Origin: an uncultured Candidatus Saccharibacteria bacterium
GTDB lineage: Bacteria; Patescibacteriota; Doudnabacteria; UBA920
DNA: 64,000 nucleotides
Reading direction: 5' to 3'
Assembly: GCA_964561365.1 (NCBI GenBank)
Contig: CAZLPF010000001.1
Span: forward strand, 14,581 to 78,580
Made by a program: the position numbers and the translations under genes. The notes under the pieces were generated by a model, which saw only the letters and a program-made list of their open reading frames with translations, searched no databases and had not been told where the DNA came from. Position 1 is the stretch's first letter; each line of letters opens with the position of its first letter. Below, piece after piece: positions 26,664 to 38,642 of this stretch.

Positions 26664-29600
26664 ATGGAACTCTTGAGATTTTACCGTCGAACCGCGTTCG
26701 ATTCATCGTACGCAAAACAGATACTCGCCGCAGCGTCGTCTCGGCTCGGTCGCAATCTCGGCAGGCGCCTCGAAACCGAAACCTGCTTCTACGTTGGGCT
26801 GAAAGGCCCGATCACCGGCGGCAGGATCGCAAACCTCCACTGGCTCCTAAGGCAAACTTTCGATCGTGACGGTTTTGGGGAACGTTCGTTCCTCGGACGC
26901 GGCACGTTCAATCTCGAAGTTGGGCCACGCCTCAACTTCGTCTCGGCGTTCTCTTCGAACGCCACGAGCATTTGCCGCCGGTGCGATCTGCATGAGGTCT
27001 ACCGCCTTGAACGGTCGATCCGTTTCGGTCTCGAAGTAGAACTGTCTGAAACGGAATCCGACGCGTTCCTGGGACCTCTCCACGACCGCATGACCCAGCA
27101 GCGTTACCTCGCCCCCCTCACTACCTTTGAGCAGGCCTTTACCGTTGAACCGACCTACTACGTCCAGCTCATCGAACAAGGAATGCCGGCCCTCGAGGCT
27201 CTGAACCAGAGGCTCGGTTTGGCCTTCGACGACCAGGACTTGGAACTTTGGTACGGTCTGTTCGTAAACGTACTGAAACGAAACCCGACGAACGTCGAAC
27301 TGTTCCAAATCGCCCAGGCGAACTCGGAGCATTGCAGGCACTGGTTCTGGAAAGGCCTGCATGTCATAGATGGCGTGGCCATGACGGAATCGCTCATGGA
27401 CATTGTCCGTTCGACCATGAGGCCCGGCCGCGAGAGTTCGCTCGTGTCGTTCCACGACAACAGCGCTACGTCTCGCGGCTACAAAACGTGCATTTGGACA
27501 CCCACGAACGTGGTCGGACCCGGTCCGTACCAATTCGTCGAGTTACTCCTCCACCACATCGTTTCCGCTGAAAGCCACAACCACCCCTCAATGATTGAAC
27601 CCTTCGAGGGGGCGGCCACGGGCGTCGGCGGCGAGCTCCGCGACCGCATGGGAGCTGGCCGCGGCAGCGTTCCGATTCTCTCGTTCGCCGGATACTGCAC
27701 GGGCAACCTGCAAATCCCCGGCTCCCAAATGCCGTGGGAAGTGGGCAGCCTGCCGCACCCGGCCACGGCCGCTTCGCCCCTCGAGATTGCCATACGCGCG
27801 AGCGACGGCGCTTCTAACTACGGCAACTGCTACGGCGAGCCGGTCACCTTGGGGTTCTTTCGGACCTTCGGGGAAACCGTCTCGGGCGAGCACCGCGCCT
27901 GGTTCAAGCCCGTGGTCTACGTCGGGGGCATCGGCACCATTCAGGCAGAGCACGTCGAAAAAGGCGCGCCCGAACCGGGCATGGCCATCGTGCTCCTCGG
28001 CGGGCCCGGCTACCGCATTGGCGTCGGCGGGGGCGCGGCGAGTTCGATGCACGCGGGACAGAACACCGCGGCGCTCGACTTCGCCTCGGTCCAGCGCGGC
28101 GACCCGGAAATGGGAAGCCGTACCCGCGGCGTCATCCGGGCCTGTGTAAACCTCGGCAGCAGAAACCCCATTGTCGCGGTTCATGATTTAGGGGCCGGCG
28201 GGACCTGCAACGCCATTCCTGAAATTGCCGAACCGCTCGGCGCGCTCGTCGATCTCGCGAAAATCCCGATCGGCGACCCGAGCCTTACTGACCTCGAAGC
28301 CTGGGGCAACGAAGCCCAGGAACGCATGGTCGTTTGCGTCACCGAAGGTGGCCTGCAAATCCTCATCGCAATCTGTGAGCGTGAAGGCTGTCCGTTCGCG
28401 GTAGTGGGAACCATTACCGCCGGCGGTCAGTTTGTGCTTGAAGGTGAGGACGGTACGCCCATCGTAGATCTGCCGCTCGAACGGATTCTTGGGAATCTCC
28501 CGGCGAAACGCTTCGAACACACCACCATTCTCCAGGGCCACGAGCCGTTCGTGCTGCCAGCCGGTACCACGGTGCGGCAGGCGCTCGATCTCGTGCTCCG
28601 CCTACCGTCCGTAGCTTCGAAGCAGTGGCTGGCCAAAAAGGTCGACCGCAGCGTCGGGGGCCTCGCTGCCCAGCAGTCGTGCGTCGGTCCCTTCCACCTG
28701 CCGCTTTCCGGCTACACGGTTCGGGCCAACGGCTTCTTAGGCAAAACCGGGCAGGCGGCAAGCATCGGCGAGCAGCCCATTGTGGGCCTCGTCAATGCTG
28801 AAGCTATGGCCCGCCTTGCCCTCGCCGAAGCCTTGCTGAATATGGCAGGCGTGTATGTCGAGGACGGGTCTACGGAAGCAATCAACTGCTCGGCGAACTG
28901 GATGTGGCCAGCTAAAAAGCCAGGCGAAGGTGCCCGGCTGTACTTGGCTGCCCGCGCCCTCCGGGACGCAATGCTCGGGTGCGGCGTTGCCATCTCTCGC
29001 GGCAAGGACAGTTTGACCATGGCGGCAACGACCGAAGGCCCGTCCGGGCCTACGGTAGTGAAAGCCCCGGGCCAGCTCGTCTTAACGGCAGAGGCGGCCG
29101 TACCCGACGTCTCGCGAAAGGTGACCCCGGACCTGAAGTCCGCCGGTAACCTGCTCTACCTCGTCGAGCTCCCCGGCGGCCAACAGCGCCTCGGAGGTTC
29201 GGCCCTCGCTCAAGTTTTCGGCCAGGTCGGCAACGAGACGCCGGACGTTGAAAGTCCGGCCGATCTTCGGACCTTGTTCGAAACGCTGCAGCGGCTCGTG
29301 GGTTGCGGCTTTGTCGCCTCGCTCCAAGACCGGAGCGACGGTGGCACCATTGTCGCGCTCCTCGAAATGGCCTTTACCGGCGGTTTCGGGCTGGACCTTT
29401 CGTTCAGCGGAGCGGAGGGCAACCCCTTCCCCGCCCTGTTCAACCAAGAGCCCGGAGTCATTATTGAGGTCGAGCCAGGCTGCCTTTCGGCCGCTGAAGC
29501 CCTGCTCAAGACAGCCGGCCTACCGTATACGTTCCTCGGGACGGTCGCAGATCGGGGCGAAAACGTTACGGTCTGCTACAACGGCGGTACGCTCATCGAC

Positions 29601-30578
29601 GAGCCTATGGTTAGTCTCCGGGCAGTGTGGAGCGAGACGAGCTACCAGCTCGAGCGGCTGCAGCAAAATCCTGCCGCGGCAGAAGAAGAGCGGAACGTAA
29701 CGCGAAACCTCGTAGTGCCTCCGTTCGTGAACCTCGCGTTCGACCCCTCCTCCCCTGTCCGGACGTTCTGCGGCCAGCTACCGAAAGTGGCGGTCATCCG
29801 CGAAGAAGGCACGAACGGCGAACTCGAAATGGCCGCGGCGCTCGGTGCCGCAGGCTTCGAGGTTTGGGACGTCGCCATGCGAGACCTTGAAGCCGGGTTG
29901 GTCACCCTCGACCAGTTCCGCGGCATCGTGTTCGCCGGCGGCTTCAGTTTTGCCGACGCGCTCGACTCCGCCAAGGGCTGGGCCGGCGTAATTCTGTTCA
30001 ACGGCCGGCTCGCCGAGCAGTTCGACCGGTTCTTCAAGAACCAGAGCAAGTTCTCGCTCGGGGTCTGTAACGGCTGCCAGCTCATGGCTCTGCTCGGGGT
30101 CGTACCCGGGCTCAACCTGACTGAAGAACGGCAGCCCCGCTTCATTCACAACCGCTCCGGGCGGTTTGAATCTCGCTTCACCTACGTCCGCATCCTAACG
30201 AGCCCGAGCCTCATGCTCCGTGGCATGGAGGGTTCGGTACTCGGCACCTGGGTGGCTCACGGCGAAGGCCGCCTCCACCTTCCGGATGACGATGGCTCGC
30301 TTATGCAGCGTATCGGCATGCAGGAGCTCGCTCCCCTGCGCTACGTTGATCCGAGCGGCAGCCAGACCGAGGCCTACCCCTTCAACCCGAACGGGAGCCC
30401 CGGGGGCGTTGCCGCACTCTGTTCGCCCTGCGGCCGGCACCTGGCCATGATGCCGCACCCTGAGCGCAGCTACCAGCTGCGCCAGCTCCCCTACGTGCCG
30501 GACGGCTGGTCACCGGACATGACCGGACCGTGGCTCAGGATGTTCCAAAACGCCTACCACTGGTGCCTCGCGCACTAG
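26664..30578 (+). CDS. purL: Large-type phosphoribosylformylglycinamidine synthase
   Basis: NSEHCRH, ESHNHP, GAATGVGGELRD, HDLGAGG, NEAQER, KDSL, DRSDGG, GGFSFAD, GVCNGCQ, MPHPER. Confidence 0.96.
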   Translation: MELLRFYRRTAFDSSYAKQILAAASSRLGRNLGRRLETETCFYVGLKGPITGGRIANLHWLLRQTFDRDGFGERSFLGRGTFNLEVGPRLNFVSAFSSNATSICRRCDLHEVYRLERSIRFGLEVELSETESDAFLGPLHDRMTQQRYLAPLTTFEQAFTVEPTYYVQLIEQGMPALEALNQRLGLAFDDQDLELWYGLFVNVLKRNPTNVELFQIAQANSEHCRHWFWKGLHVIDGVAMTESLMDIVRSTMRPGRESSLVSFHDNSATSRGYKTCIWTPTNVVGPGPYQFVELLLHHIVSAESHNHPSMIEPFEGAATGVGGELRDRMGAGRGSVPILSFAGYCTGNLQIPGSQMPWEVGSLPHPATAASPLEIAIRASDGASNYGNCYGEPVTLGFFRTFGETVSGEHRAWFKPVVYVGGIGTIQAEHVEKGAPEPGMAIVLLGGPGYRIGVGGGAASSMHAGQNTAALDFASVQRGDPEMGSRTRGVIRACVNLGSRNPIVAVHDLGAGGTCNAIPEIAEPLGALVDLAKIPIGDPSLTDLEAWGNEAQERMVVCVTEGGLQILIAICEREGCPFAVVGTITAGGQFVLEGEDGTPIVDLPLERILGNLPAKRFEHTTILQGHEPFVLPAGTTVRQALDLVLRLPSVASKQWLAKKVDRSVGGLAAQQSCVGPFHLPLSGYTVRANGFLGKTGQAASIGEQPIVGLVNAEAMARLALAEALLNMAGVYVEDGSTEAINCSANWMWPAKKPGEGARLYLAARALRDAMLGCGVAISRGKDSLTMAATTEGPSGPTVVKAPGQLVLTAEAAVPDVSRKVTPDLKSAGNLLYLVELPGGQQRLGGSALAQVFGQVGNETPDVESPADLRTLFETLQRLVGCGFVASLQDRSDGGTIVALLEMAFTGGFGLDLSFSGAEGNPFPALFNQEPGVIIEVEPGCLSAAEALLKTAGLPYTFLGTVADRGENVTVCYNGGTLIDEPMVSLRAVWSETSYQLERLQQNPAAAEEERNVTRNLVVPPFVNLAFDPSSPVRTFCGQLPKVAVIREEGTNGELEMAAALGAAGFEVWDVAMRDLEAGLVTLDQFRGIVFAGGFSFADALDSAKGWAGVILFNGRLAEQFDRFFKNQSKFSLGVCNGCQLMALLGVVPGLNLTEERQPRFIHNRSGRFESRFTYVRILTSPSLMLRGMEGSVLGTWVAHGEGRLHLPDDDGSLMQRIGMQELAPLRYVDPSGSQTEAYPFNPNGSPGGVAALCSPCGRHLAMMPHPERSYQLRQLPYVPDGWSPDMTGPWLRMFQNAYHWCLAH

Positions 30579-30602
30579 CTGTACGGCGAACTACCAACAA
30601 CG

Positions 30603-30637
30603 AAAAGCGCCCCCCGCAATGTGCGGAGGGCGCTTTC
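30603..30637. terminator. Bidirectional terminator between purL and greA
   Basis: AAAAGCGCCCcCCGCA..TGCGGaGGGCGCTTTC. Confidence 0.75.
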
Positions 30638-30645
30638 TGATATTG

Positions 30646-31107
30646 CTAATCGATCGATAAAATTTCGTAAGCCACTTCGCCGGACGGCGCCTGAACGGAA
30701 AACTTTTCGCCGTTCTTTCGGCCGATCAAAGTTTTGCCCACGAGGCTCTCGTTCGAAATGCGCCCTTCCTTGGGGTTCGCCTCGTTGCTGCCGACGATGG
30801 TGTAGGTCTTGTCTACCCCGCCGACCTTCACGTGGACGGTGGAGCCGACCGTGACGGTGGAGCGGTGGGTGGCGGCGGTGATAATCTCCGCGTTCTTGAC
30901 CATCTCCTCAATTTCTTGGATTCGGCCCTCGATGAAGCTCTGCTCTTCGCGGGCCTGGGCGTAGTCGGCGTTCTCGGAAAGGTCCCCGTGCGCCGCCGCC
31001 TCACGGATGCGTTCGATGATTTCCGGTCTGCGGACGTTGACGAGCTGCTTGAGCTCCTCGGAGAGCTTCTCGAGGCCCTCTTGGGTGAGCAGGTACTTCT
31101 TGGACAT
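30646..31107 (-). CDS. greA: Transcription elongation factor GreA
   Basis: HGDLSENADY, EGRI, ISNESLVGK. Confidence 0.96.
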   Translation of the reverse strand: MSKKYLLTQEGLEKLSEELKQLVNVRRPEIIERIREAAAHGDLSENADYAQAREEQSFIEGRIQEIEEMVKNAEIITAATHRSTVTVGSTVHVKVGGVDKTYTIVGSNEANPKEGRISNESLVGKTLIGRKNGEKFSVQAPSGEVAYEILSID

Positions 31108-31182
31108 ATCAAATTTATGTACTGGTAGGAGGGCCGCCGGTGTTGCTGCCTATTCTAATGAAACCCCCGGGGTCGGTCAAGC

Positions 31183-33255
<2,073 letters not shown>

Positions 33256-33324
33256 TCAAGGAAAAATCGGGAGGATATACCTACCGAATTTTACCTTACC
33301 TAAGAGGAAAATTTGCTCTCAATC

Positions 33325-35715
33325 TTACCTGATTTCTGCCCCTAATTCCTGCTGTAATTGTAGCACGATTGCGCTGTAAATTCCAGCGACTTCGGCGTCG
33401 GTTAGGGTGCGGTTTTTAGCCCGAAAAACCACGCGGACGCCGAGGTTTTTTTGACCGCGCTCGGCCAGGTTTCTGTGGAATGTTTCGGTGCTCGCGGCGT
33501 GGGCAAAGTACGGCGCGTCGAAGACATCGACGGACTCAATGAGGCCGCTCACCGGCTTAACGGTTTCGGCAATGCGCTCCCACGGCAGCCCAGACGGTAC
33601 GATGATCGAAGCATCCCGGGCGATGCTCGGGTACTCGGGGTAGCTTTGGAACGTGGCATCCCGGGTGAGCTCGCCGAGGGCCTCGAGGAACAGCTCGCCG
33701 CTCGCGACGCTGCCGGTAATGTCGAACCGTTCACCGATGTCGGGCGAAACCACCTTGCAGGTGCCAATGGCAGTGTTCCCGGCCACCACGTCAGCGTAGC
33801 CTTCGCGCGGCTCGAAGCGGAGGCCGCGGATGCCGAGGTGTCCGAGCAGGCCGACGACGTCGCCCTTCAGCTGCGAAAGCAGCAGCTCTGGGGCGTCGGC
33901 CCTGCCGAAGCGGACGAGCGCGGCGACGCGGCGTTCCTGCTCGAAGCCCTCGAACTCGCGGGCGAGCTCGAACAGGGACAGGCGCGGCGCGTGCCGCTGG
34001 TTCAGGTTCACGTTGTTGAGGAGCGGGGCGAGCGCGTGCCGTTTTAAGAGCTCATGCTCGCGGCTCAGGGGGTTGTCGATGCGTACGTAGGCGGCCGGGT
34101 CCGCGCCGAGCTTCAGGACGTCGGCCTCGGAAACGAAACTGTAGTTGTGGACTTCGCGGTAGCCGAACGACACGAGCCGGTCCTGTACGCGCTCGTTCAA
34201 TTCGCCGATCGGGTCCGCCTCCGGCGCCCGGAGCATGGGCAAGGGGCGGGGCGAGAGCTTGTTGTAGCCGCGGAGCTTCATGACCTCTTCGGCAATGTCG
34301 CTCGCGTCCTTCACGTCGCGGCGCCACCACGGCGGGGCAACGCTAACGGCCGCCGCGGCCCCGCGACCAGTGACCTTGTGCGGGAGCATGAGTTTTTTGA
34401 GGCTGCCGGAAACTTCCGCCGGAGCCACGGAAACGCCGAGGAGGTTCGAAAGCGTGGCGATGCTCGCCGAAACCCGCGGCTGCGGCTGGGGCTTTTGGCC
34501 CGCGCTGCCGAAGGCTACCGGGACCGCGCCGGCGTGGGCTACGAGCAGCTCGAGGGCCGCCGCGAGACCGACGTCGGGCAGCTCCTGGGGCAGCCCGACC
34601 TCGTGGTTGGCCGCGCCGGCTTCGGTGCGCACCCCGAGCGCCCTCGTGGTGCGGCGAATTCCCGTCGGCTCGAAGTTCGAGGCGACGAGCACGATTTCGG
34701 TGGTGGCCGGTTCGACCCCGGTGTGGAGGCCGCCCATGATGCCCGCGACGTCGAGCGCCCGGCGCTCGTCGGCAATAACAACGGTTTCTGAATCCAGCTC
34801 GTAGCGTTTTTTGTTGAGCAGCTCAATGGGCTCACCGGGCCTGGCGTAGCGCACGACCATTTTCTCGCCGAGCTTGCTGCGGTCGAAGGCGTGGAGCGGC
34901 TGGCCCCAGAGCTGGGTGACGTAGTTGGTAACGTCGACGACGTTGCTGATCGGCTTGATGCCGAGCCGCACGAGCGCCTCGCGGATGAACGGCGGGCTGT
35001 CGCCGACTTTGACGCTCGAGAGCACCACGGCGCGGTGCTGGCGGCAGGCTTTCTTGGACTCAATGGTCACCGGGTACCTCGGGAGCTTCGCGAGGTTTTT
35101 CGGGAGCGCCGGTTCCGCGGCTTTCAGCGTTCCGCCGGAAATGGCCGCGAGCGCACGGGCGAAACCGACGTGCGAGCGCAGGTCGGGGCGGTTGGCCGGG
35201 AGGCTGACGTCGACGACCCAGTCGCCCGGCGGGTAGATTTCGGACAGCGGTTTTCCGAGCGGCGTCTTTTCCGGCAGAACGTGGATGGCGTGGTCGGTAT
35301 CCGTTTCGGCCAAGCAGAGCTCGAACGCCGCGCAGATCATGCCCTGGCTCTCGACCCCCCGGATGGCGGCGCGCTCGAGCACGGAGGGCCCGGCGGCCGG
35401 GTCCCGCACGCTCCGCGGAACCGTGCTGCCGGGGCGGGCGAGCGCCACGACCTGGCCTACTTTGAGGTTCGTACCCCCGCAAACCACCGGGTAGACAGTT
35501 TCGCCACCGAGGTCGAGCGACGCGACCTTCAGGCGGTCGGCGTTCGGGTGCGGCTCGAGCTTCGTTACCCGCGCGCTGAAAATGCCCGAGAGGTCGGCGC
35601 CGGCGGGTGTTACCGACTCAACCTCGGTCAGGTGCGCGGTTACGGTTTCGGCGAGCTCGTTCGGGGCTACGCGGAAGCTCGCGAGGGATTTGAGGATATG
35701 GTAGGAAAATTTCAT
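33325..35715 (-). CDS. pheT: Phenylalanine--tRNA ligase beta subunit
   Basis: HPNADRL, RGVESQGM, PANRPD, VVDVTNY, QPLHAFD, AGIMGG, PWWRRDV..AEEV, FDX-ACB tail. Confidence 0.95.
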   Translation of the reverse strand: MKFSYHILKSLASFRVAPNELAETVTAHLTEVESVTPAGADLSGIFSARVTKLEPHPNADRLKVASLDLGGETVYPVVCGGTNLKVGQVVALARPGSTVPRSVRDPAAGPSVLERAAIRGVESQGMICAAFELCLAETDTDHAIHVLPEKTPLGKPLSEIYPPGDWVVDVSLPANRPDLRSHVGFARALAAISGGTLKAAEPALPKNLAKLPRYPVTIESKKACRQHRAVVLSSVKVGDSPPFIREALVRLGIKPISNVVDVTNYVTQLWGQPLHAFDRSKLGEKMVVRYARPGEPIELLNKKRYELDSETVVIADERRALDVAGIMGGLHTGVEPATTEIVLVASNFEPTGIRRTTRALGVRTEAGAANHEVGLPQELPDVGLAAALELLVAHAGAVPVAFGSAGQKPQPQPRVSASIATLSNLLGVSVAPAEVSGSLKKLMLPHKVTGRGAAAAVSVAPPWWRRDVKDASDIAEEVMKLRGYNKLSPRPLPMLRAPEADPIGELNERVQDRLVSFGYREVHNYSFVSEADVLKLGADPAAYVRIDNPLSREHELLKRHALAPLLNNVNLNQRHAPRLSLFELAREFEGFEQERRVAALVRFGRADAPELLLSQLKGDVVGLLGHLGIRGLRFEPREGYADVVAGNTAIGTCKVVSPDIGERFDITGSVASGELFLEALGELTRDATFQSYPEYPSIARDASIIVPSGLPWERIAETVKPVSGLIESVDVFDAPYFAHAASTETFHRNLAERGQKNLGVRVVFRAKNRTLTDAEVAGIYSAIVLQLQQELGAEIR

Positions 35716-35756
35716 ATCGGTACCGTGTCGGTCCGGCGCGGGCCGAACGGGGAAGG

Positions 35757-37256
35757 TCAGTAGTTCTGGCAGCCGTCCTCTGAGCAGCGCACGCCCGTGG
35801 TTCCGGCCGACGGGTTCTGGAGTTCGGCGGTGAGCGTGAAGCTGTCGAGCTTGGTGCTCACCGTGTAGGCGTAGTCCTTTCCGCTCGTGGGGTCTTTCGG
35901 CAGGGAGGAAATGAACTTCGGTACGAGGTCAGACTTGTAACGGTCGGCACTCGGAAACATGAACGGCACCTCGGCGTCGGGGTCGGTCGTGCTCGCGGCC
36001 TTCGTCTGGCTGTAGAGGAGGAGGGCGCCGCGGAGGGTGTCGAGGTCGGCGCGGCGTCGCTCGTCGGCGAGGTCTGCCTCCTGGGTATCGAGGTACTTCT
36101 GGGCCTGCGCGGCTTTAATTTTAATGAGCTGGCCTTGGGTTTCGCTCTGGAAGGTGACCTGGAAGTCCTTGCCCCCCGAGAGGACCTGGTAGCCGTAGAC
36201 GTACGGGTCTTTGTTCACCGGGTCCTGGGCGTTGACCGCGACTTTCAGGAACGGCTTGACCTTGGCGTACGCGTCTGTGAAGGTTTTTACGTTCGGGTAG
36301 CTGCCGTGGTTCTGCTTGTAGCGGACGATGCCGACCGCCACGGTTGTTACCGCGTTGCTCCGGCGCGTGTCGCGGTCCTGCTTGGCTTCGGCAGACTGGT
36401 CGAAGCCCTTGAGCGCGTCCGGCGTGGCGGTAGCCTCAGTCGAGGTCGCCGGGGTGGACGTGGCGGGCGTCGAAGTAGCGGCCGTGGGCGTTGACGTCGG
36501 CTGGACGTAAATGGTCAGCAGGCCCGCGTGGATGGTGGCCACGGTCGGCTCGTGGAGCCCGAGGCTTCCGATCTTCATGACAATGTCCGCCACGCTCGCC
36601 GTTGAGAGCTTTGTGCTCGTCGGCCGCATGACGTCGTAGCCGCCATTGATGTACTGGCCGTCGTTGTACTCCGGGTCACTGGCGGTCCGGGGGTTAAGCG
36701 GATCGGTCAAAAAGACGTGGAGCTCGTCGCCGTCGGAAAGGCCGTCGGAGTCGGAGTCGGGGTTGTTCGGGTCGGTGCCGACGGTCTGCTCATCTACGTT
36801 CAGGAGCCCGTCGCGGTCCGGGTCGGCCTGCTCGCCGCAGAGCGTCAGCGGATCGCAGCCGGCCGCCCAGTAGCGGGCCGCCCAGGCCGGGTCGAGCTTC
36901 GGTTCGGCTACCTGGCCGGGCGTTTCGATCCCCGGCGCGGGCATGAGTTTTTTGAAAAGGTCCGGGTAGAAGTTCTGGTACGCGTACCAGCCGCCCCCGG
37001 CCAGCAGAGCCACGGCCAGGAACATGATAATCCTCGAGAGCGCGTGGCTGCCGCCGCTTGACGGCTGGAGGTGCTCGTCGGACATCATGATGGGGCTCTC
37101 GGGCGCCGCAGGCGCTTGCGCCGCGACCGGCGCGGCCGGAAGGCTGCCGGGCTGCACGACCTCTCCCCCGCCGCCGCGCGGCATAACGTCGTAGAAGAGC
37201 TCTTCGCCGGAACCTTGCGGTTCGCTCGGTAGGTTCGGTTTGCCTTGTGTGACCAT
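35757..37256 (-). CDS. Membrane-anchored surface protein: DxDxDG Ca-binding repeats, Thr-rich linker, two pilin-like domains
   Basis: TM helix; DPDRDGL, DSDSDGLSDGDE; ATSTP repeats; two 'D..R..D/V...Y....YP/FP...DP....Y.Y....F' modules. Confidence 0.75.
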   Translation of the reverse strand: MVTQGKPNLPSEPQGSGEELFYDVMPRGGGGEVVQPGSLPAAPVAAQAPAAPESPIMMSDEHLQPSSGGSHALSRIIMFLAVALLAGGGWYAYQNFYPDLFKKLMPAPGIETPGQVAEPKLDPAWAARYWAAGCDPLTLCGEQADPDRDGLLNVDEQTVGTDPNNPDSDSDGLSDGDELHVFLTDPLNPRTASDPEYNDGQYINGGYDVMRPTSTKLSTASVADIVMKIGSLGLHEPTVATIHAGLLTIYVQPTSTPTAATSTPATSTPATSTEATATPDALKGFDQSAEAKQDRDTRRSNAVTTVAVGIVRYKQNHGSYPNVKTFTDAYAKVKPFLKVAVNAQDPVNKDPYVYGYQVLSGGKDFQVTFQSETQGQLIKIKAAQAQKYLDTQEADLADERRRADLDTLRGALLLYSQTKAASTTDPDAEVPFMFPSADRYKSDLVPKFISSLPKDPTSGKDYAYTVSTKLDSFTLTAELQNPSAGTTGVRCSEDGCQNY

Positions 37257-37269
37257 TTTTATTTTACGT

Positions 37270-38238
37270 TTAAAACTGCTTGAGGAAGCGTACGTCGTTC
37301 TCCATGAGGAGGCGGATGTCCGGAATGCCGTACTTCATGAGCGCGAAGCGCGACAGGCCGAGGCCAAAGGCGAAACCCTGGTAGCGGCCGCGCCGGTAGC
37401 CGGCGGCCTCGAAGACGTTCTGGTGCACGGCGCCGCAGCCGAGGATTTCCACCCACCTGCCGTCCCGGAAGCGCGGGCTCGACATGGCGACTTCGGCGCC
37501 GGGTTCGACGAACGGGAAGTAGGCGGGCTGGAGCCGCGTGGTAACGTCAGACCCGAAAAAGCGCTTCAAGACGTAGTCGAGCGTCCAGGCCATGGTAGAG
37601 AAGCTCACGTCGGGGCCCACGGCCAGACCCTCCATTTGGTAGAAGGTGTGCTCGTGGGTCGCGTCGGTGGCTTCGTTGCGGAAGACCTTGCCCGCGCTGA
37701 TGACGGAGAACGGCGGCTCGTGGGTCTGCATGTAGCGGATTTGCACCGGCGAGGTCTGGGTGCGCATGACGAGCGGCTGCCCGGCCGACTGGACGTAGAA
37801 GGTGTCCTGGGCGTCGCGCGCCGGGTGCAGCGGCGGCATGTTGAGCGCGGTGAAGTTGTACCAGTCGCTCTCGAGCTCGAAGCCGTGCGCCGTGGAAAAC
37901 CCCAAGCCGCGGAAAATGTTCGTCAGCTCGCGCTCGATTACGGTCATGGGGTGGAGCGAGCCGGCGTTCGGGAGCGCGGGCGGGACGGTCAGGTCGACCT
38001 CCCGCTCGGCCAGGCGCACGTTCGAGGCCGCCTCCACGCGTGTGCGGAGCTCGTTCAGGTGCCGCCCGACCTCCCGGCGCCCCTCGCCGGGGAGTTTCAT
38101 GAGGCGCTCGAAAGCCGCCGTGAGCAGGCCGTGCTTGCGGCTGAGGTACTTCTGGCGGAGCTCCTCGCCGACCACGCCGCTGGCGAGGTCCCTGGCGAGC
38201 TGCTCGGCAATGTCTTCCGGCGGCAGCGCTTCGTTCAC
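37270..38238 (-). CDS. pheS: Phenylalanine--tRNA ligase alpha subunit
   Basis: GSLHP, NFTALN..HPARDAQDTF, RTQTSPVQ, DATH, YFPFVEP, GFAFGLG. Confidence 0.97.
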   Translation of the reverse strand: MNEALPPEDIAEQLARDLASGVVGEELRQKYLSRKHGLLTAAFERLMKLPGEGRREVGRHLNELRTRVEAASNVRLAEREVDLTVPPALPNAGSLHPMTVIERELTNIFRGLGFSTAHGFELESDWYNFTALNMPPLHPARDAQDTFYVQSAGQPLVMRTQTSPVQIRYMQTHEPPFSVISAGKVFRNEATDATHEHTFYQMEGLAVGPDVSFSTMAWTLDYVLKRFFGSDVTTRLQPAYFPFVEPGAEVAMSSPRFRDGRWVEILGCGAVHQNVFEAAGYRRGRYQGFAFGLGLSRFALMKYGIPDIRLLMENDVRFLKQF

Positions 38239-38609
38239 AGGTTCAAAAAAATTTCAATGGCGACAGCAACGAGGACGAGGCTCCCGAACACCCACCAGAC
38301 CAGGAGCCCGTCGGCCGAGAGCGCGAGGCTCGCAACCGAGAGCGAGCCGAGTAGCGCCCCTTGCCGCACGCTCGCGGTCAGGGTGTCGAGGTAGGCGCCG
38401 CCCATGCGGCTGCGGACCGCGAGCCCGAGCAGGGAGCAGATACCGGTCGAAAAAATCCAAACGCTCACGTAGAGGAACGCGAACGTGAGCCAGCTCGCCC
38501 GGGCGGGGTCTGAGTACACGGCGGTGGCGGCGACCGAGGCTCCCGACAGCAGGGTGCTGACCAGGAGGTGGCCGACGTACCGTTTTTCTTTAAACCAACT
38601 CGTCACCAT
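38235..38609 (-). CDS. Small 4-TM membrane protein
   Basis: Hydrophobic, SVRQGALL motif; stop overlaps pheS start. Confidence 0.75.
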   Translation of the reverse strand: MVTSWFKEKRYVGHLLVSTLLSGASVAATAVYSDPARASWLTFAFLYVSVWIFSTGICSLLGLAVRSRMGGAYLDTLTASVRQGALLGSLSVASLALSADGLLVWWVFGSLVLVAVAIEIFLNL

Positions 38610-38642
38610 AGTACCATATTTCCTTTGGGTTTGCGGGGCGCT

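Noticed and set aside
36420-36505. Short tandem repeats
   Set aside because: They encode the ATSTP linker; no constant repeat-spacer period, so not CRISPR. No array or cas gene was seen in the window
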